Source: Cyanophora paradoxa CCMP329
Taxonomy: Eukaryota; Plantae; Glaucophyta
DNA: 64,000 nucleotides
Direction: 5' to 3'
Assembly: GCA_004431415.1 (NCBI GenBank)
Contig: QPMI01000631.1
Coordinates: 19,560-83,559, forward strand
Shown here: piece by piece, positions 1 through 13,161 of the stretch
Layout of the letters: every line of letters begins with the position of its first letter
How positions within the stretch are numbered: the stretch's first letter is position 1
The notes under the pieces: model-generated
Databases searched by the model: none
Told to the model about the DNA's origin: nothing
Seen by the model: only the letters and a program-made list of their open reading frames with translations
Position numbers and translations under genes: made by a program

Positions 1-30
1 CTCTTGTTCCCCCTCCCCTTCAAATGACCG

Positions 31-2379
31 ATGCGGGGGTGTGGCAGCCGCATCTTCGTCGCAGAGAACGGTCTTCCCCTCGGGGCGATGTGGGCCGAAT
101 CTTGCGCCCTCTGTGCGTCCGCCTCCCCCCCTCCACACCTGTACCCCGTGGGGTTTCCGAAGCGGGGTACGCTTCCAGACACGACGCTGGACGATGTGCT
201 GGGGGCCGGCGTGTGCTTCACAGAGGCTGGCGAGCGCAACGGGGCCCGTCGGTGGGTGTACCCCTGGAGTCCTCCCCCTGCCCCCCCACCCCCCCCCCCC
301 CTCTCCTGGAACTGGGCGCTGCGGCCGTGTTTGATGTTCGACTCGCCGCAGCGCGGGCGGCGGGGGCCCCTTCGCGGGTCCTCGGACAGGGGGGCGGCCC
401 AACCTGCTCCGCCCCGCCATCGGCGCGCCGCTCGCGCCTGTACCCCCACCCCGTGGTCGCCGCTGACCTTGTACCCCTCAGGCGAGGGTCTGGTCTGGGC
501 CCTGTACGACGCTGTTCTGGCCTACGACGGACCCCGGCTGAGGCGCGCCGCGGGCCCTCTGGAGGCGCACGCACGAACCGAAATCTGATACCCCTGCAGG
601 GACCGTGTAGCCCACGGGGAGACCGTTGAGGGCGGCGTACCCCCCGAGGCGTGCCAGTACCCCTGAATCTCTTCCCACTCTTCTCTGAGCGGCAGTGCAG
701 GTCTCCGAGCTTCTGGTGGGGGCTACCGTTGCGCTCTGCGCCCGCTTCGAGCCGCCTGCTGCCGGGGAGGGGTGCGAGGAACCCGAGCTCGAGTCGATTG
801 CCGCGCACTTTCGGGGGTACCGCTCCGCGTTCCACCCGCTCAGCATCCTCCGGAGGGCCATCGAGGCGAGCCGTGTACCCCCCTCCACTCCTCCTGCCCC
901 CCCCCCCCTCTTACTTTTTCGCCGCAGGACGCGGAGGAAGAGGCGGGGCGCCTGGGGGCGGAGGTGGGGGCGGCCCTCGCGGCGCGGCCCGTCCGCCACT
1001 CCTGCCGCCTCCTGGACGTGCGCTACCCCCCCCCCCCCCCCCCCCCCGGCGGCTCACCTGAGGGCGGACCAGGCGGACCAGGCCGAGTACTTCGAGCTGG
1101 CGGCGGACGGCTCCGACGTCCTGTGCGCTCAGATCAGATCAGATTCGATCTGATCTGGTTTGATCTGAGTCGGCCCTCGCGGTCCGGCCCGGCAGGCCGG
1201 CGGCGGGCGCGAAGGCGGGGCCGACCCTCTCGGAGCTCGCGGCGCGCGCGGCGGAGCTCTGCGCTTCGCTTCGGGCCTCAGGCGGCCCCTTTGGCGTGCG
1301 TCGGGTCGGGTCGGGTCGGGACCCGTCCGCTCTGCTCTGATGCGGGTCGCGGCCGCGGCGCCGGCAGGTGGAGGCGCGGGAGTGCTCGGCGGAGGAGCAC
1401 GCGGCGATCGCGTGGATGCTCAAGGTCCGCCTTCCCTTAGCCCCGCTGGGCTGGGCTGTAGTCAGCGGCCCCGCTGCGTCTGCCTATGCCAAGCCGGCGC
1501 CGCGGCAGGCGGCGGAGGAGCTGTCGGGCCTCGTCCGCGTCCTCCGCGACCGCGTCGCCGAGGCGATGCCCCTCGCCCTCGCCAGGTCGGGTTGGCCGCC
1601 CCCCGCTTAGCCCAACCTTGGCGGGTCCCACCAAAGCGAATATGAGCCCAACCTTGGCATTTAAGTTAGCTCAGAGGCGATGCCCCTCGCCCTCGCCAGG
1701 TCGGCTCGCCCCGGCCGGGCCGGGCCGCCCCCCGCTTAGCTAGCGGGGCCACTGACTGTGGCTTTAAATTTAGCCTGGCTAAGCTGAGCTAGCTGTAATA
1801 TCGCGGGTCCCACCAAAGCTAATATGAGCTCAACCTTGGCATTTAAATTAGCTAAGAGGCGATGCCGCCCGCCCTCGCCCTCGCCAGGTCGCCCCCGCCG
1901 CCCTCCGATCCTCTTCGAGCTCAGACGAAGTGGCGGAAATCCGCAGGAAATTGCGGACGCAGCAGAGGAGGAATCTGGACGTGCTCCTCGGGCTGGGCCG
2001 GGTCGTGGCGGCGGCGGCCGCCGCCTCTTCGCCGCCGCCGCCGCCGGCCGGGCCGGACCCCGGCGCGCCAGGCGCGGGCGTGGCGCGGGCGCGGGCGTCG
2101 GACTCGCCCGCGCCGCCTGCCTCGCCCTCCGGCGCATGGCGGGCCCGGGGCGCTCGGCCGTGCCGGACGCGCAAGCCGTCCACGTATCCCTCGCAAAGGT
2201 ACACCCACCGTCCAATCAAATTTAAACGCCAAGATTGGGCTCATATTAGCTTAAGTGGGACCCGCGTTATTTGCTTTAGTGGGACCTTCCGAGTTTACTG
2301 GCGTTTTGTTTTTCGCTTTCCTTTCGAAATTCTGACGCTTTGTTTTTCACTTTCTGTTCGAATGATAAAGAGCTCATGA
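31..2379 (+). CDS. Multi-exon host gene of unknown function, probably 5'-truncated by the window edge
   Basis: Protein-like segments (GEGLVWALYDAVLAYDG, VSELLVGATVALCARF, AAEELSGLVRVLRDRVAEAM, EVAEIRRKLRTQQRRNLDVLL) are separated by short C-rich introns ending in GCAG. No family recognised and the end is uncertain. Confidence 0.4.
1620..2267. repeat. About 50-bp dispersed repeat, three copies (1620-1670 +, 1802-1853 +, about 2217-2267 -)
   Basis: GCGGGTCCCACCAAAGCNAATATGAGCNCAACCTTGGCATTTAA occurs twice directly and once as an imperfect reverse complement. Confidence 0.7.
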
Positions 2380-3003
2380 TCATTATGATTTCTTAATGTA
2401 CGTGTGTATCATGATCACTGAGCTCGTGATAAAAAAGCGAAAGCGCTAAAGCTTCAACTTCCGAGTTCACTGACGTTTTGTTGTTCACTTTTCGCTCGAA
2501 ATTCTGAGCGCTAGCTTGAATAAGCTTAAGCTTGCCCTCGTCGCCATCGAGCCGCTGAGCGTCCGACGGTCTTCGCTCGGTGCTGCGCAGGTGCACGCCC
2601 AGACGAGGGAGAGCGCGTGGGGCGTGGCCGCGTGCCGCGCCAAGGACGTTCTCTCGCGCTTGCATACGCAACTGGGGCAGCCGACGTCGACCTAGGCTAG
2701 GCCTAGGCCTCTTCAAGGCTTGTTTAGCACAAGGTTCACATCACTATCATACTATGATAGGATCATCAATATTTTGTAAATCGTGATCATTCCAGAACGG
2801 TGACTAGCTACCGACGAGCCTACCGTAGACTGGTCCGTAGTACGGTCGGACCGGCGGTCACCGGCCGCGGGTCGGTACCTAGTAGCTACGCCGCCGTAAC
2901 GCCGGCGCCGGATCTTTAATTTCGCGATTGCGGAGCGCGAGCGTGCCACGCGGTGAGCTCGAGGCCGGCGGGTGAGCCGCCGTGAGCGCCGCGTGATCAT
3001 GAC

Positions 3004-3529
3004 TAGGGCTGGGCCGGTGGCGGCCGGTGGCAGTGGCAACCTCCCACCGACCGACCGGGTGGAAAATCTGGCCCACCGCCATACAACGCCCGGTACCATA
3101 CAAATTAAAATTCTAGGGGGGTAGGCTCGCAAAAATGTCATATTCTCGCGCGCGAAAGTTTCATATTCCGTACTCACCCAGCAAAGTGCTGCTTAGTTCA
3201 TCTTCCTCCGCTCCTGCCTTGCAATCGTGAATGACGTCGGAGCCCAAGGAAGCTGACGTCGACGCCATCGATATCGATATCCCGTACCCCTTTTGAGCAC
3301 CAACCACCCCGGCCGGCGCCTCCCCCACAACTGGCTTGAACCCGCCCCAAAGCACTCGCTTTAGATAGTAGGCGCGTAGCGCCTTGAAGCTGTGCAGAAT
3401 TTAGCGTATTTCCTGTCAATTTTCACGCACTGTAGCACGTACCCCCACCTCCACCGACCGCCACCGGTGGGTAACAGTCAGCGGGCCCACCGACCCGGTG
3501 GGGGAAAACTCGGACTGTGCCCAGCCCTA
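3004..3529. mobile_element. Candidate hAT-like MITE
   Basis: 11-bp terminal inverted repeat TAGGGCTGGGC...GCCCAGCCCTA with subterminal CCACCG/CGGTGG motifs. The target duplication is only imperfect (ATCATGAC vs TTCATGAC, offset by 3 bp). Confidence 0.45.
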
Positions 3530-3586
3530 AGATTCATGACCGCACTGGTCACCGCAGTCACTGAGTGCCCCATATGGCATATCATA

Positions 3587-3854
3587 CCGTCGGGCACTAA
3601 ATTACTGCGGCGTTAATTAACGCGGTTTCAAAAATGGCCCTCCTCTGAGCGAAATACCGCGGTACCAAATTAACGCGGTTTTAAAAATTTGAGGCTTGTT
3701 TGTATGGGGCAGTAATTTCAGGGGGTACTGTATATGAGGCGACTTCTCAGCAGCAAATTACCGCGGCACCAAATTACCGCGTTTTAACAAACTTTTGGCG
3801 CGTTAATTTGGTACCGCGTTAGTTAAGTGCCCGCGGTACTGAAGTGCCCTACGG
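3587..3854. mobile_element. Candidate Tc1/mariner-type MITE
   Basis: TA-CCGTCGGGCACT...AGTGCCCTACGG-TA (12-bp TIR with 1 mismatch, TA on both sides), plus internal repeated AATTACCGCGG/TTAACGCGG motifs in both orientations. Confidence 0.6.
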
Positions 3855-5505
3855 TAGTAGTAGTATCGCCGCATACGTATACTACAGTACCCAGCCTGGG
3901 TATGCCACCGGTACCGGCGGCCCACCGGCGGGGGCCACCGCACGGCGGCGGGCGGCGGGCGCTGCAGCCTGCAGCCTGCAGCCTGCAGGCTGACCGCACC
4001 GTGGCACTGTATGACAGTGTATGTACATGTCACAGCTGCAGTGTCATTGATGTCAAAGCTTACTAGACTACTACCAGACTGTACCAGTACGCTTTGCAAC
4101 TTATTTGGATTCATTCAAAACTCCCGAGGCCCCAACCGCGGCCGCAGTGCCGCCCGGCCGCAGTGCTGCCGCACTACCGTAGTATACGTATACTATGATA
4201 CTCGGATCCGGTCCATCATCCGGATCCGGAGGTATCTGTATATATCCTATATATTTATATATTCTATTCGGAAATTCCCGTTCAATTGCGCAATTTTAAT
4301 AAATCGCGTGACGACGGTGACGTCGATCGATCGCGATCGGCATGCACATGCAGTCACTGAGTCGACGAAACTTGAAACTCCGGATCCGGTCCGGATCCGA
4401 CGTCGACGTGATTCCTTGTCATGACTCATGAGTCATGACTCATGATCTCAGTGCATCTCACTATACTGCAATTGACCCCGGTGACCGGCGCCGTTATTGC
4501 AATTGACGTCATGATCACGCATGATCACGGTCGTCGATTGGCCAAGTGCGATCGGCGTGGTACCCCCAAAGGAGGGGCCCCAGGGCCCAGACTCTCCGGG
4601 CCTCCGGCCCTGAGGCTCCGGGTCCAGGGAGTCCGGGACTCCGGGTCCTCCGGGATCCGATGATCCGGCGCGGGCCGGGCCGCGCGGCGCCGCCGGTGCG
4701 GGCACTGCGGGGCCGCGGCCAACCGTTGAACAATTGCAACCATCCCAGCGATATCGATTTCTTGGAGCTGTACAGCCTGTACGGTGCTGTACGGAGCCTG
4801 TACCATGTACTACCGTCCTGTACCAGGCTGTACCAGCCTGTACGTACCGGTAGCCGCGGCCGCCGCCGCGCGCGGAGCTCGAGCCCAAGTGGACACTGGA
4901 CACGCAACTCGCGGCGAGTGCGCCGGCATGGCACTGCGGCATGCGCAGCGCATCACTCAGCACTGGTAGTCACTGCAGCTGGCTAGCGGAGCCTAGATCT
5001 AGAGCTCGTCAAGTTGGCGCGCGGCGCGCGCAGGCCTGCTTCTGCGAATACTAGACAGTGTCGCAAGACTCAGATATAGAGCTCGCGATATCCGCTGCCC
5101 GCGGCCGGCCCTATAGCCGCCGCGAAATGGTGCCGTGGAATTGGTACAACTTGACGCGAGCTTGCACGCACTAATCTTCACTGTGCGGGCAGGTGTGGGT
5201 TTTGTAGTCTGTCGAGGACGCACGCAGCGTGTCCGAGGACTGCATTAGAGCATTAATCAGCAGTCTTATATATATATGCCTGTGGTACCGGTGCGCATGC
5301 TCGGCGATGAGCTTTGCAAGTTTGTGTTTCGGATTTCGCTATATATCTATATGTATAAGTGCTAACGTTTTAACCGCGCGCGTTGCTTGGAATAATGGGT
5401 CGTGGCCAAGATGTAAACACACACACACACATATATATATACATGCATATGGACCAGTAGTATTTCGCGCCGCGCCTCACATTGTTGGCGTTCGGCGCGC
5501 AGGCC

Positions 5506-8500
5506 ATGCATATAGACGCAGAACTTCCCACGGACTCCGAATTCGAAGACGCTTCTACGGCCGGGAACGGGAACATCGGCGCCGACAGCCCGTTGGTCCT
5601 GACGACGCATGTTTCATTCAGGCGGGCGGCGCCAACAACGGCGGGCGCATCGAGATCCGGCCGGAAATCTTCGAATTCGGTCGGGAAGTGGCTCAAGGAC
5701 ACGCGGTCACTTGCCGACGAGGTCGAACGGAGCAGGAGTGCAGCGCGAGAAGCAGGCTTAGGCGCGTTCACGCCTGGCGGCCTTCGCGATCCGCGAAGCT
5801 TCGACCCGTACACGCCGGGGGCGCTCTCCGGATCCGCAGCCTCCAGCGCGCGGCGGATCGCTGCGTTCAACGTGCTCTCGGCCGCCTCCAGCGCATTAGC
5901 AGCCGAATCTTTCGTCCCAGACCTGCGCGACGATCGCGAGGCGCAGGCAACATCGGCGGCCGGTATCTTCTATGAGGACATGGACACCAGCAGACCGCCG
6001 CCGGCGCCTGGAGATCCGATCAGCGGCCCTGCATCGCCAGCTGCGCACCGCGTCTCCGTCGTGTCCGTGCAGGAGGCCGTCCTGCTGCAGTTGGCTGGCC
6101 GTTCGCGCCATGGCTCGATGGACGCCGGTGTGGTCTCCGCCCCTCAGACCGAGGCCCGCGCGGCCACTTTGACCGGAAAGCTCAAGACGAGCAAGTCCAC
6201 CGGCGCCTACCTCGGGAAGGAGGTCGTCGGCCGCGGCGAGCGCGCCGAGGGCGAGGTCGTCTCGCGGACGTTCGAGGAGGAATGGGACGAGGCGAGAGGC
6301 GCCTTCAGGGGCCGCCTGGGCTCTGGAAGCGCGCTGCTGGAGCTCGCCGCTAGGAGCAGGGGCTCGCCCGCCCTGCCGCCAGCTCTGAACAGCCGCGACG
6401 ACTTGCGAGACTCCCCTGCAGCCGATCGCGACGACGCTTTGAGCGAACGGTGCGATATATTTATATCTCGTTAATATTGGAGTTAATTATATAACGCTTA
6501 ATATTTATGCTTGCAAATTGACGTCGACATCTACATCTACATTTGCTGATTTCGCTCGAGAAGCAGGTCGGGGTCCTGGAAGAGGAGCCCTCGCCCTCTT
6601 GCGCTGAGGCCCGGCCAAGTGCAGCCCTCGCCGACCGCGGCGCGGTCTGCAAGGAAGTGGAGGACGCTCACGCGATCCCGCTTCGTGGGCTGGTGGCACG
6701 ACATGTCTTTACGGTCGAAGCAGTGTTCTACCATCTTCATGGCACAAACCGTGCTCCTTGGTGCGCTTTTCTTGTTCAGAGCCTTGCAAAATTGCTCTAT
6801 TTAATCGCCCAATGCATATGCTCACCGCCACGCGCGCTTTATCAGTCGTAATTGGCCTTCTGATATTTGCTTTCTTCAACTGGAGGTGAATCTTCGCTTG
6901 ATGCGGTGTTCTCGCAACTGGCTCCAAATCCTCTAACCGCTCCTCATTTTCATTGCTTCCACATCCAGGGTGCCAGAAATTCAGGTGCAGGAACAGGCGA
7001 GGCAGGAGCTGTCTCACTTCAAGACCGCCGTAGCCGTGGCGATGCGGGATGTGCTTCTTCTCGAGAACTTTGACTTGCATTTCCACACTCTCGTTTTTTG
7101 ACGAGCGCACTTGCATGTGCAGGCTCGTGATCCGGCGCCGGCTGACTTTGAAAATGCAATCGACGCGACGTTATTGGAGCTGCTGGAAGGATACGCTGCT
7201 GTATACAGGATACCCAACTTGCTGTCTACAGATCGACTGCCGCAGCTGGCATCATCGATGTTGGTTGAGGACGCGAAACGTAAGCTTTTCACGCTTCGAA
7301 TGGATTTTCGCAGCTTTTTTTTGACACCTTGAATCTACGTCGTTTGTGCGCGCAGTCAAACGAAACGTCGAGATCGCGAATGATGTTCTGCGGGCACTGT
7401 TGTCTCAAATCGCTGAGGGAGCGACGCGGGCGGAGAGCAGGTGGAGCGCGGTCCGTGAAGAGATGTTGGTGTTGGCCACCATGCACAGCAGCGCCTCAGG
7501 CTCGCTCCTCGTGGTGCGGCATTTCGAAAACATGTTAAATTTTCCTATAGCTACCGCCTGTGCCTTAAAATATGTTTTCCTATAGCTACCGCCTGTGCGT
7601 TGTTGGTCATGAGTTCCTCCTGCCGCAGATTCGAGGCACGCGCACTCTGGCTGCAGCGGATTCAACGCGGCGGGCGTTGTTCGTTGCAATCTGCATCGCC
7701 TTGCCCGTGCTCCTTGTTGTCAGCGGGGTGATGGCTTTCTTGCTTGGCCACGCGCTAGTCAAACCCATTCGGCGCCTGCAAGGTACTTTATAAATTAGCC
7801 TATTATCGTGCTTGAGCTCACTAAACGCTCTTCGCGGCCCGCTGCCGGAGCTCGCGAAGTCCAACTAGACGTCGTGCTCTTTCGCAAATGCGCAGCTACC
7901 GTCCAAGCGCTCGCTGGCTTTGACGGCACCCAAGGAAGATCTTACGAGTATCATTCTAAGGTCCGCGTCGGATCCGTGGGGCCACTTGATAGCGCCTCCA
8001 CATATATATGCTGGGTTGCCATGGCCGACGTGTGCGCGCGCAGCTTCCCGGGACCGGAACACGCGCGGTCGTCGAATCTGGAGACGAGATCGGGCGCCTG
8101 GCGTTTGCCTTCAATGGACTCCTGGACCGCGTCGACGAGGTAGCGAAATCGATCTTCCCTTACAGGGTGTGGCGGCATCTAACCATCTCGTGATGACCAG
8201 GCTTGGAAGGACATTCGAGGCTTGTTAAAGAAGGCGGCGATCCAAGAATTCCGCGCTCGGCAGATCATGGACACGGCAAACGACGCGGTGGTGCGCATTT
8301 ATACAACTTCTGCGAAATACCAATCGAACACTTACACGGTCGCACGCATGCGCATCCGGTCATAGATTCTAATCAACGGAGATTCAGTCATACAGTCCCT
8401 CAATGGGACCTTCACCGATGTCTTTGGCTATACGGTGCGCTATTGTCCGCGATCGCAGTACTATAGCTAGTCAGTGCATCCGCGGATCGACGGTCTTACT

Positions 8501-11500
8501 CCGTCGATCATCCCAAACGCAGGCAGACGACCTGGTTGGGAAGAAGATCAACGTGATCATGCCGCGCCGCTATGCCGACCACCACGGTGCCTTTATCTTC
8601 TTCGATGCGCTCACTTCGTTTAATTCGCTTATTCCTAACTCGCTGCTGTTTTCACAGAGGGCTACGTGAGGCGGTACCTGGACACGGGGGAGAGCCACAT
8701 CCTGGGGACCATCCGCGAGGTGGAGGCGCTCCACAAGGACGGCCACGAGTTTCCCGTCGAGCTCTCCATGTCGTGCGCCCGGCCCTTTCGTTGACAAGTC
8801 CCGATGCGGAACGAGCAAAGCTTAAGCTTACGCTGCCGCGCAGGGAGATGATCATCGGCAGCGAGCACTTGTGCGTTGGCTTCGGCCGCGGTCTGGATTC
8901 AGATCCGGTCGCATTCACACGCCGCGAATTCCGAACCTGATCATGACGCACCCGCCCGCGTCCGCCCGCCCGCGCGCAGCTTCGTCGGCATGCTGCGGAA
9001 CATATCGGCGCGCAAGGACATGGAGGCGGCCCTGAGGAAGCAGCGCTCGAAGACGCTCGCGCTGCTTCGGAACATGCTGCCGCCCCGCATCGCGCAGCGG
9101 CTGATGGACTCGCCCAACGAGAGCATCGCCGACCGCTGCGAGAACGTCACCATCCTCTTCGCGGATCTCGGTGCGTTCGCCCTATAGCTAACATCGTGTC
9201 GCGTTGGCTTTTGACGCTAGCGCCGTGCGCTTCAGCGGGCTTCACGCCGCTGGCGGGGAGCATGGACGCCGGCGCGCTCGTCTCGCTCCTGAACGCGATC
9301 TTCTCCGAGTTCGACGTCCTGGCTGCCCAGTACCAGGTCGAGAAGATCAAGACCATCGTGCGCCGCCTCTTTGATTTCCTACAATGGCATCAGAGTTCTG
9401 CACTACAGCTGCACACGTGCACGAAGCGAATTGAAGTCGGCTCGGGGGACGCCATCGGCGCAGGGGGACGCCATCATGTGCGCGGCGGGGCTGCGGGACA
9501 CGACGGAGCGCCCGATGAGCGCGGACGGCGGCGCTGACGTCGACGGCGGGAGCGGCCTGGAGCGGATGGCGGTGCGTTGAACCTCAATCTGCCACGGCCG
9601 CCGACGCGCGCGCGCGCTTCTCGGGTTCTGACGAATGCGTACGTATACCGCGGCGCAGCGCATGGCGCTGGAAATGCACGGCGTCGTCGAACAGCGGAAG
9701 GACGCGCAAGGGCGACCGCTGAAGCTTCGCATCGGCATCCACCACGGCGTTGTCGTTGCCGGGTGCGCTGAATTGGACGCGCCGTTTCAGGCCTAGGCCC
9801 TTCTGAGGAGCGAGCCCGGCTTATGCATATGGTCCTCCGGATCCTTGCAGGGTGATTGGCAAGAAGAAGTTCTTGTTCGACCTGGTCCGTACACGATTTG
9901 CTCACATATGCATATATGAATTGTCTATTTGCTCGGAGTGTAGCCTCTGAGCTGATCGTGCGGCCCTCTTGCAATGTTCAGTGGGGCGACGACGTGAACA
10001 TCGCGAGGTATTATTATATACATTTATTATTACCGGCGCCGGCCGCTGCCTCTGGCGTCGCGGAATGTTTACGTTGCGCTCACGCTGACTTCGCGGTAAC
10101 AGCCGCCTGGAGAGCTCGGGCGTGCCGGGAAAGACGCAGGTCAGCAAAGAAGTCTACGACCGCCTGAAGGACTCGCGGCTCTTCACGTTCGGTTCGCGCG
10201 GACTCTGACTTTGAATGAACGAATTTGAGCTAATCGGCGACTCGTCATCGACAGAGGAGCGCGGTGCCATTCCCATCAAAGGCAAAGGAGGCGAGCGCGT
10301 TTGTTGCAAGTGCAAACGCTTCCATGCAGTCTAATTTGCTGACCGAGTCGCGCAGATATGCAGGCGTACCTTCTCTCGACGGGACCGGCTTTCCGCCGGC
10401 TGAAATCGCCTGTTTCGGTGAATGGAGGTCTGGGCCGCTCGCCCAGGTGAGCCAATTGATTCAGTTTGCGTCGCAAGGCTGAGCGTCGTTTAACGAATTA
10501 TTCGCAGCATGTCTGCCCAGCTAACGAGCATAAACAAGTCGATCGTCTCAGCCTGGCAGGTCGGTGATGTCAAATTTGTGATTCTCCCCACGAGCTGCGT
10601 TCCGACGGAGTCCGCCGGTGCCGCAGGAGCTTCGCAGCGTCGCCATGAACAGCGACAACGCTGCGTTCTCGGAGGGGCTCCCGTCGCCCCGCGCGGCGGC
10701 CAAGCCCACGGCATCGCGGCGCCACAAGGCGCGCCGGGAGACGATCCTGCGGCTCGACCTGGCGAGCATCTCGGTGTTCGACCTGAGGGAGGAGGACGGC
10801 GCCGCCCTCTTCCGCCGCCTCGTCGAGGACCTCGAGGTGCATTATAAGAACCAAAGCCATTATTTCAATATCGTTCGTGTTGTTGTTGTATGTATCGGAA
10901 TATCTTAATCGCGCCGCCAGCTGCACAAGACGCTCGGGCTGGACCTGAACATGGTCGAGGAGCTCGCGGCGCAGGCCCTTGCCGACCACCGCGACGTGCC
11001 GTACCACAACCGGCTCCACGCCATGGACGTCTCGCTCACGACGCACTCGCTGCTGAAGAGCTGCAAGGCTTTGCCGTCTGGATCTGCCGCCGGCACCGCG
11101 GCCGACGCGGAGCAGCACCTGCAGCTGCCCAACGCCGTTGCTGTCGTCCCCGAGTTCCAGTTGACGGAGATCGACCGCCTCGCGCTTATGCTCGCCGCCG
11201 TGTGCCACGGTGCGCCGCGCCGATACCCATGGCCATCGATTGCTGCGCGCCAGTCGGGGGAAACAAACGTTGACGGGATCCACCGCAGACCTCGACCACC
11301 CGGGCCTCCTCGCAAAGCGCCCCGACCCGCAGACCCCGACCTCCTACGACGCCGCCGCGAAGCTCGAGAAGTCGTTCCGGGACCGCCCGCAGAGCCGCAA
11401 GTCGCTCGAGGCGCACCACGCGAACCGCTGCGTCGAGCTGCTCGAGAGGCACCTCCGGGCCATCGCCCCCTCCCTCATCGACTCGGAGATCCTCCACATC

Positions 11501-12649
11501 CAAAAGGCGCGAGCGAAACCGTTTCGCAACATAAGGATATATACAAGTTCTGAACGCGCGCGCGCGCGCGGCCGCGCAGATCGCGCTGGAGGGCATCTTA
11601 GACACGAACATGGAGATCCACGAGGTGAATTCGCACACAACAATCACGCTAGCGCTGGTCACCGGGTTCCGGCGTTAACGTTGAAATTCGCCTCCTCAGG
11701 ACTTCATGAGCCGCTTCAAGCAGTTCTTCGCGCTCGAATCACCGCGGAAACACGTGCACGCGCACGCGGGCGCCGGCGCCGGCGCCGGGACCCCTGGACG
11801 GGCGGCCATAGCCAGCCACAGGGCCGAGCTCGAGCTCGACGCCGGGCACGACGCGCATGTGCACGCGGGCGAGGACCAGAGTTTGAGCGACACTGGCGTC
11901 GTGGCCGCGGGTGCCATCATGCAGCACTTGAACGTGGACGCCGGATCGACCCTCGAGCTCGAGCTCGAGGCCGGCCGCGCGTACGGCCACGTGGACGAGG
12001 CGGAGCGCCAGTACGCCGGCCGCCAGCTCCTCTGCGGTGCCATCCTCAAGGTCGCCGATCTCGGGTGCGCTCTTTAGTATAATTTCTTCGGATGAGATAT
12101 TGAAGCTTAAGCTTTCTGCATTTCTTTCTTTCCAACGCCAACGCCGTCCCGCCCCGGCAGGAACGCGGCGCGGCCGTTCGCGGACGCGCGGCGCTGGGCG
12201 CGGCGCATCGTGCTGGAGCTGGGGCTCGCGTCCGCGGCCGGGACGGGCGGCGAGGCGACGACCCTGTCCCCCGACGCCGACCTCTCCGCAGAGGGCCCTC
12301 TGGCGGACGAAGCGCTCGCCGGGCCGCAGGGTAATAACTATTTATCTTCCATCTCTATAAGATTTACCTACCATTTGCCCAATAATAAACGTTCGAATGA
12401 AAGTTTGAATTCTTCTTGTGCAGACTCGTTCCTCCGCGGAGTGGCCTTACCCCTCTTCGAAACCGTGGCCCGCATCCTCCCCGAGGTACGCGTACTTACT
12501 TTAACACGCGGCTCTAATTTGATTCATTCAGCCTTTTTATATGTGACGCCGCGCTCGCTCGCTCGCAGGGCGTACGCCCGATGCTCGAGCGCGCGACAGT
12601 GAACGCAGACGCGTGGCGCTCCCTCAAAGGAGAGCCGAATTCGAATTGA
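5506..12649 (+). CDS. Membrane HAMP-PAS-class III adenylyl cyclase fused to a C-terminal class I cyclic-nucleotide phosphodiesterase (multi-exon)
   Basis: TM plus HAMP (LVKPIRRLQ...DEIGRLAFAFNGLLDR); PAS (INVIMPRRYADHH/EGYVRRYLDTGESHILGTIREVEALHKDGHEFPVELS); cyclase (VTILFADL, EKIKTI/GDAIM, LRIGIHHG, KKFLFDL/WGDDVNIA/SRLES, IKGKG); PDE (PYHNRLHAMDV, CH/DLDHPG, LEAHH, ILKVADLG/N, QDSFL). Splice phases are continuous from cyclase to PDE. The start codon is uncertain. Confidence 0.88.
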
Positions 12650-13161
12650 GAATTGAGTCGTCAATCCTTCCTTTCTATATATATGTATATATGAGATTTA
12701 GACGAACAGTAGTCGTCAATCCTTCGAATTCCTTTCTATGATTTAGACGTAGGCTTCCGTCCACTGGCAGTTCTTTCGTATCCGCAGCAATCGCATTTAA
12801 GTATATATATATATGCATGTTTTTTGCGGCATGCATCTATATGCATCAATATCGATGATGTTCATGATGTTAGGATGTAGTTTCAGTGAGCGGCAGATTT
12901 CCATCGTATATATCTGAAGCTTAAAAGCTTGTTCACGCGTACGCTGTCGGCTGTCGTACTATATGTAACTAATTATAAATATCTTAAGTTTCCATTTTCT
13001 CTAGATCTTCCGAGTTCTCTTCACGGTTCACTTCAAGACTTCGTCTGTGGCACATCGATAAACATAGCCTCGTGCTTGCATGGCTTGTAATATTTTTCTA
13101 TCGGGCCTGTTATTCGTTCCGCATCTCAGTGCTTGTATAGATATCCGAAAATTGGCGTCTC

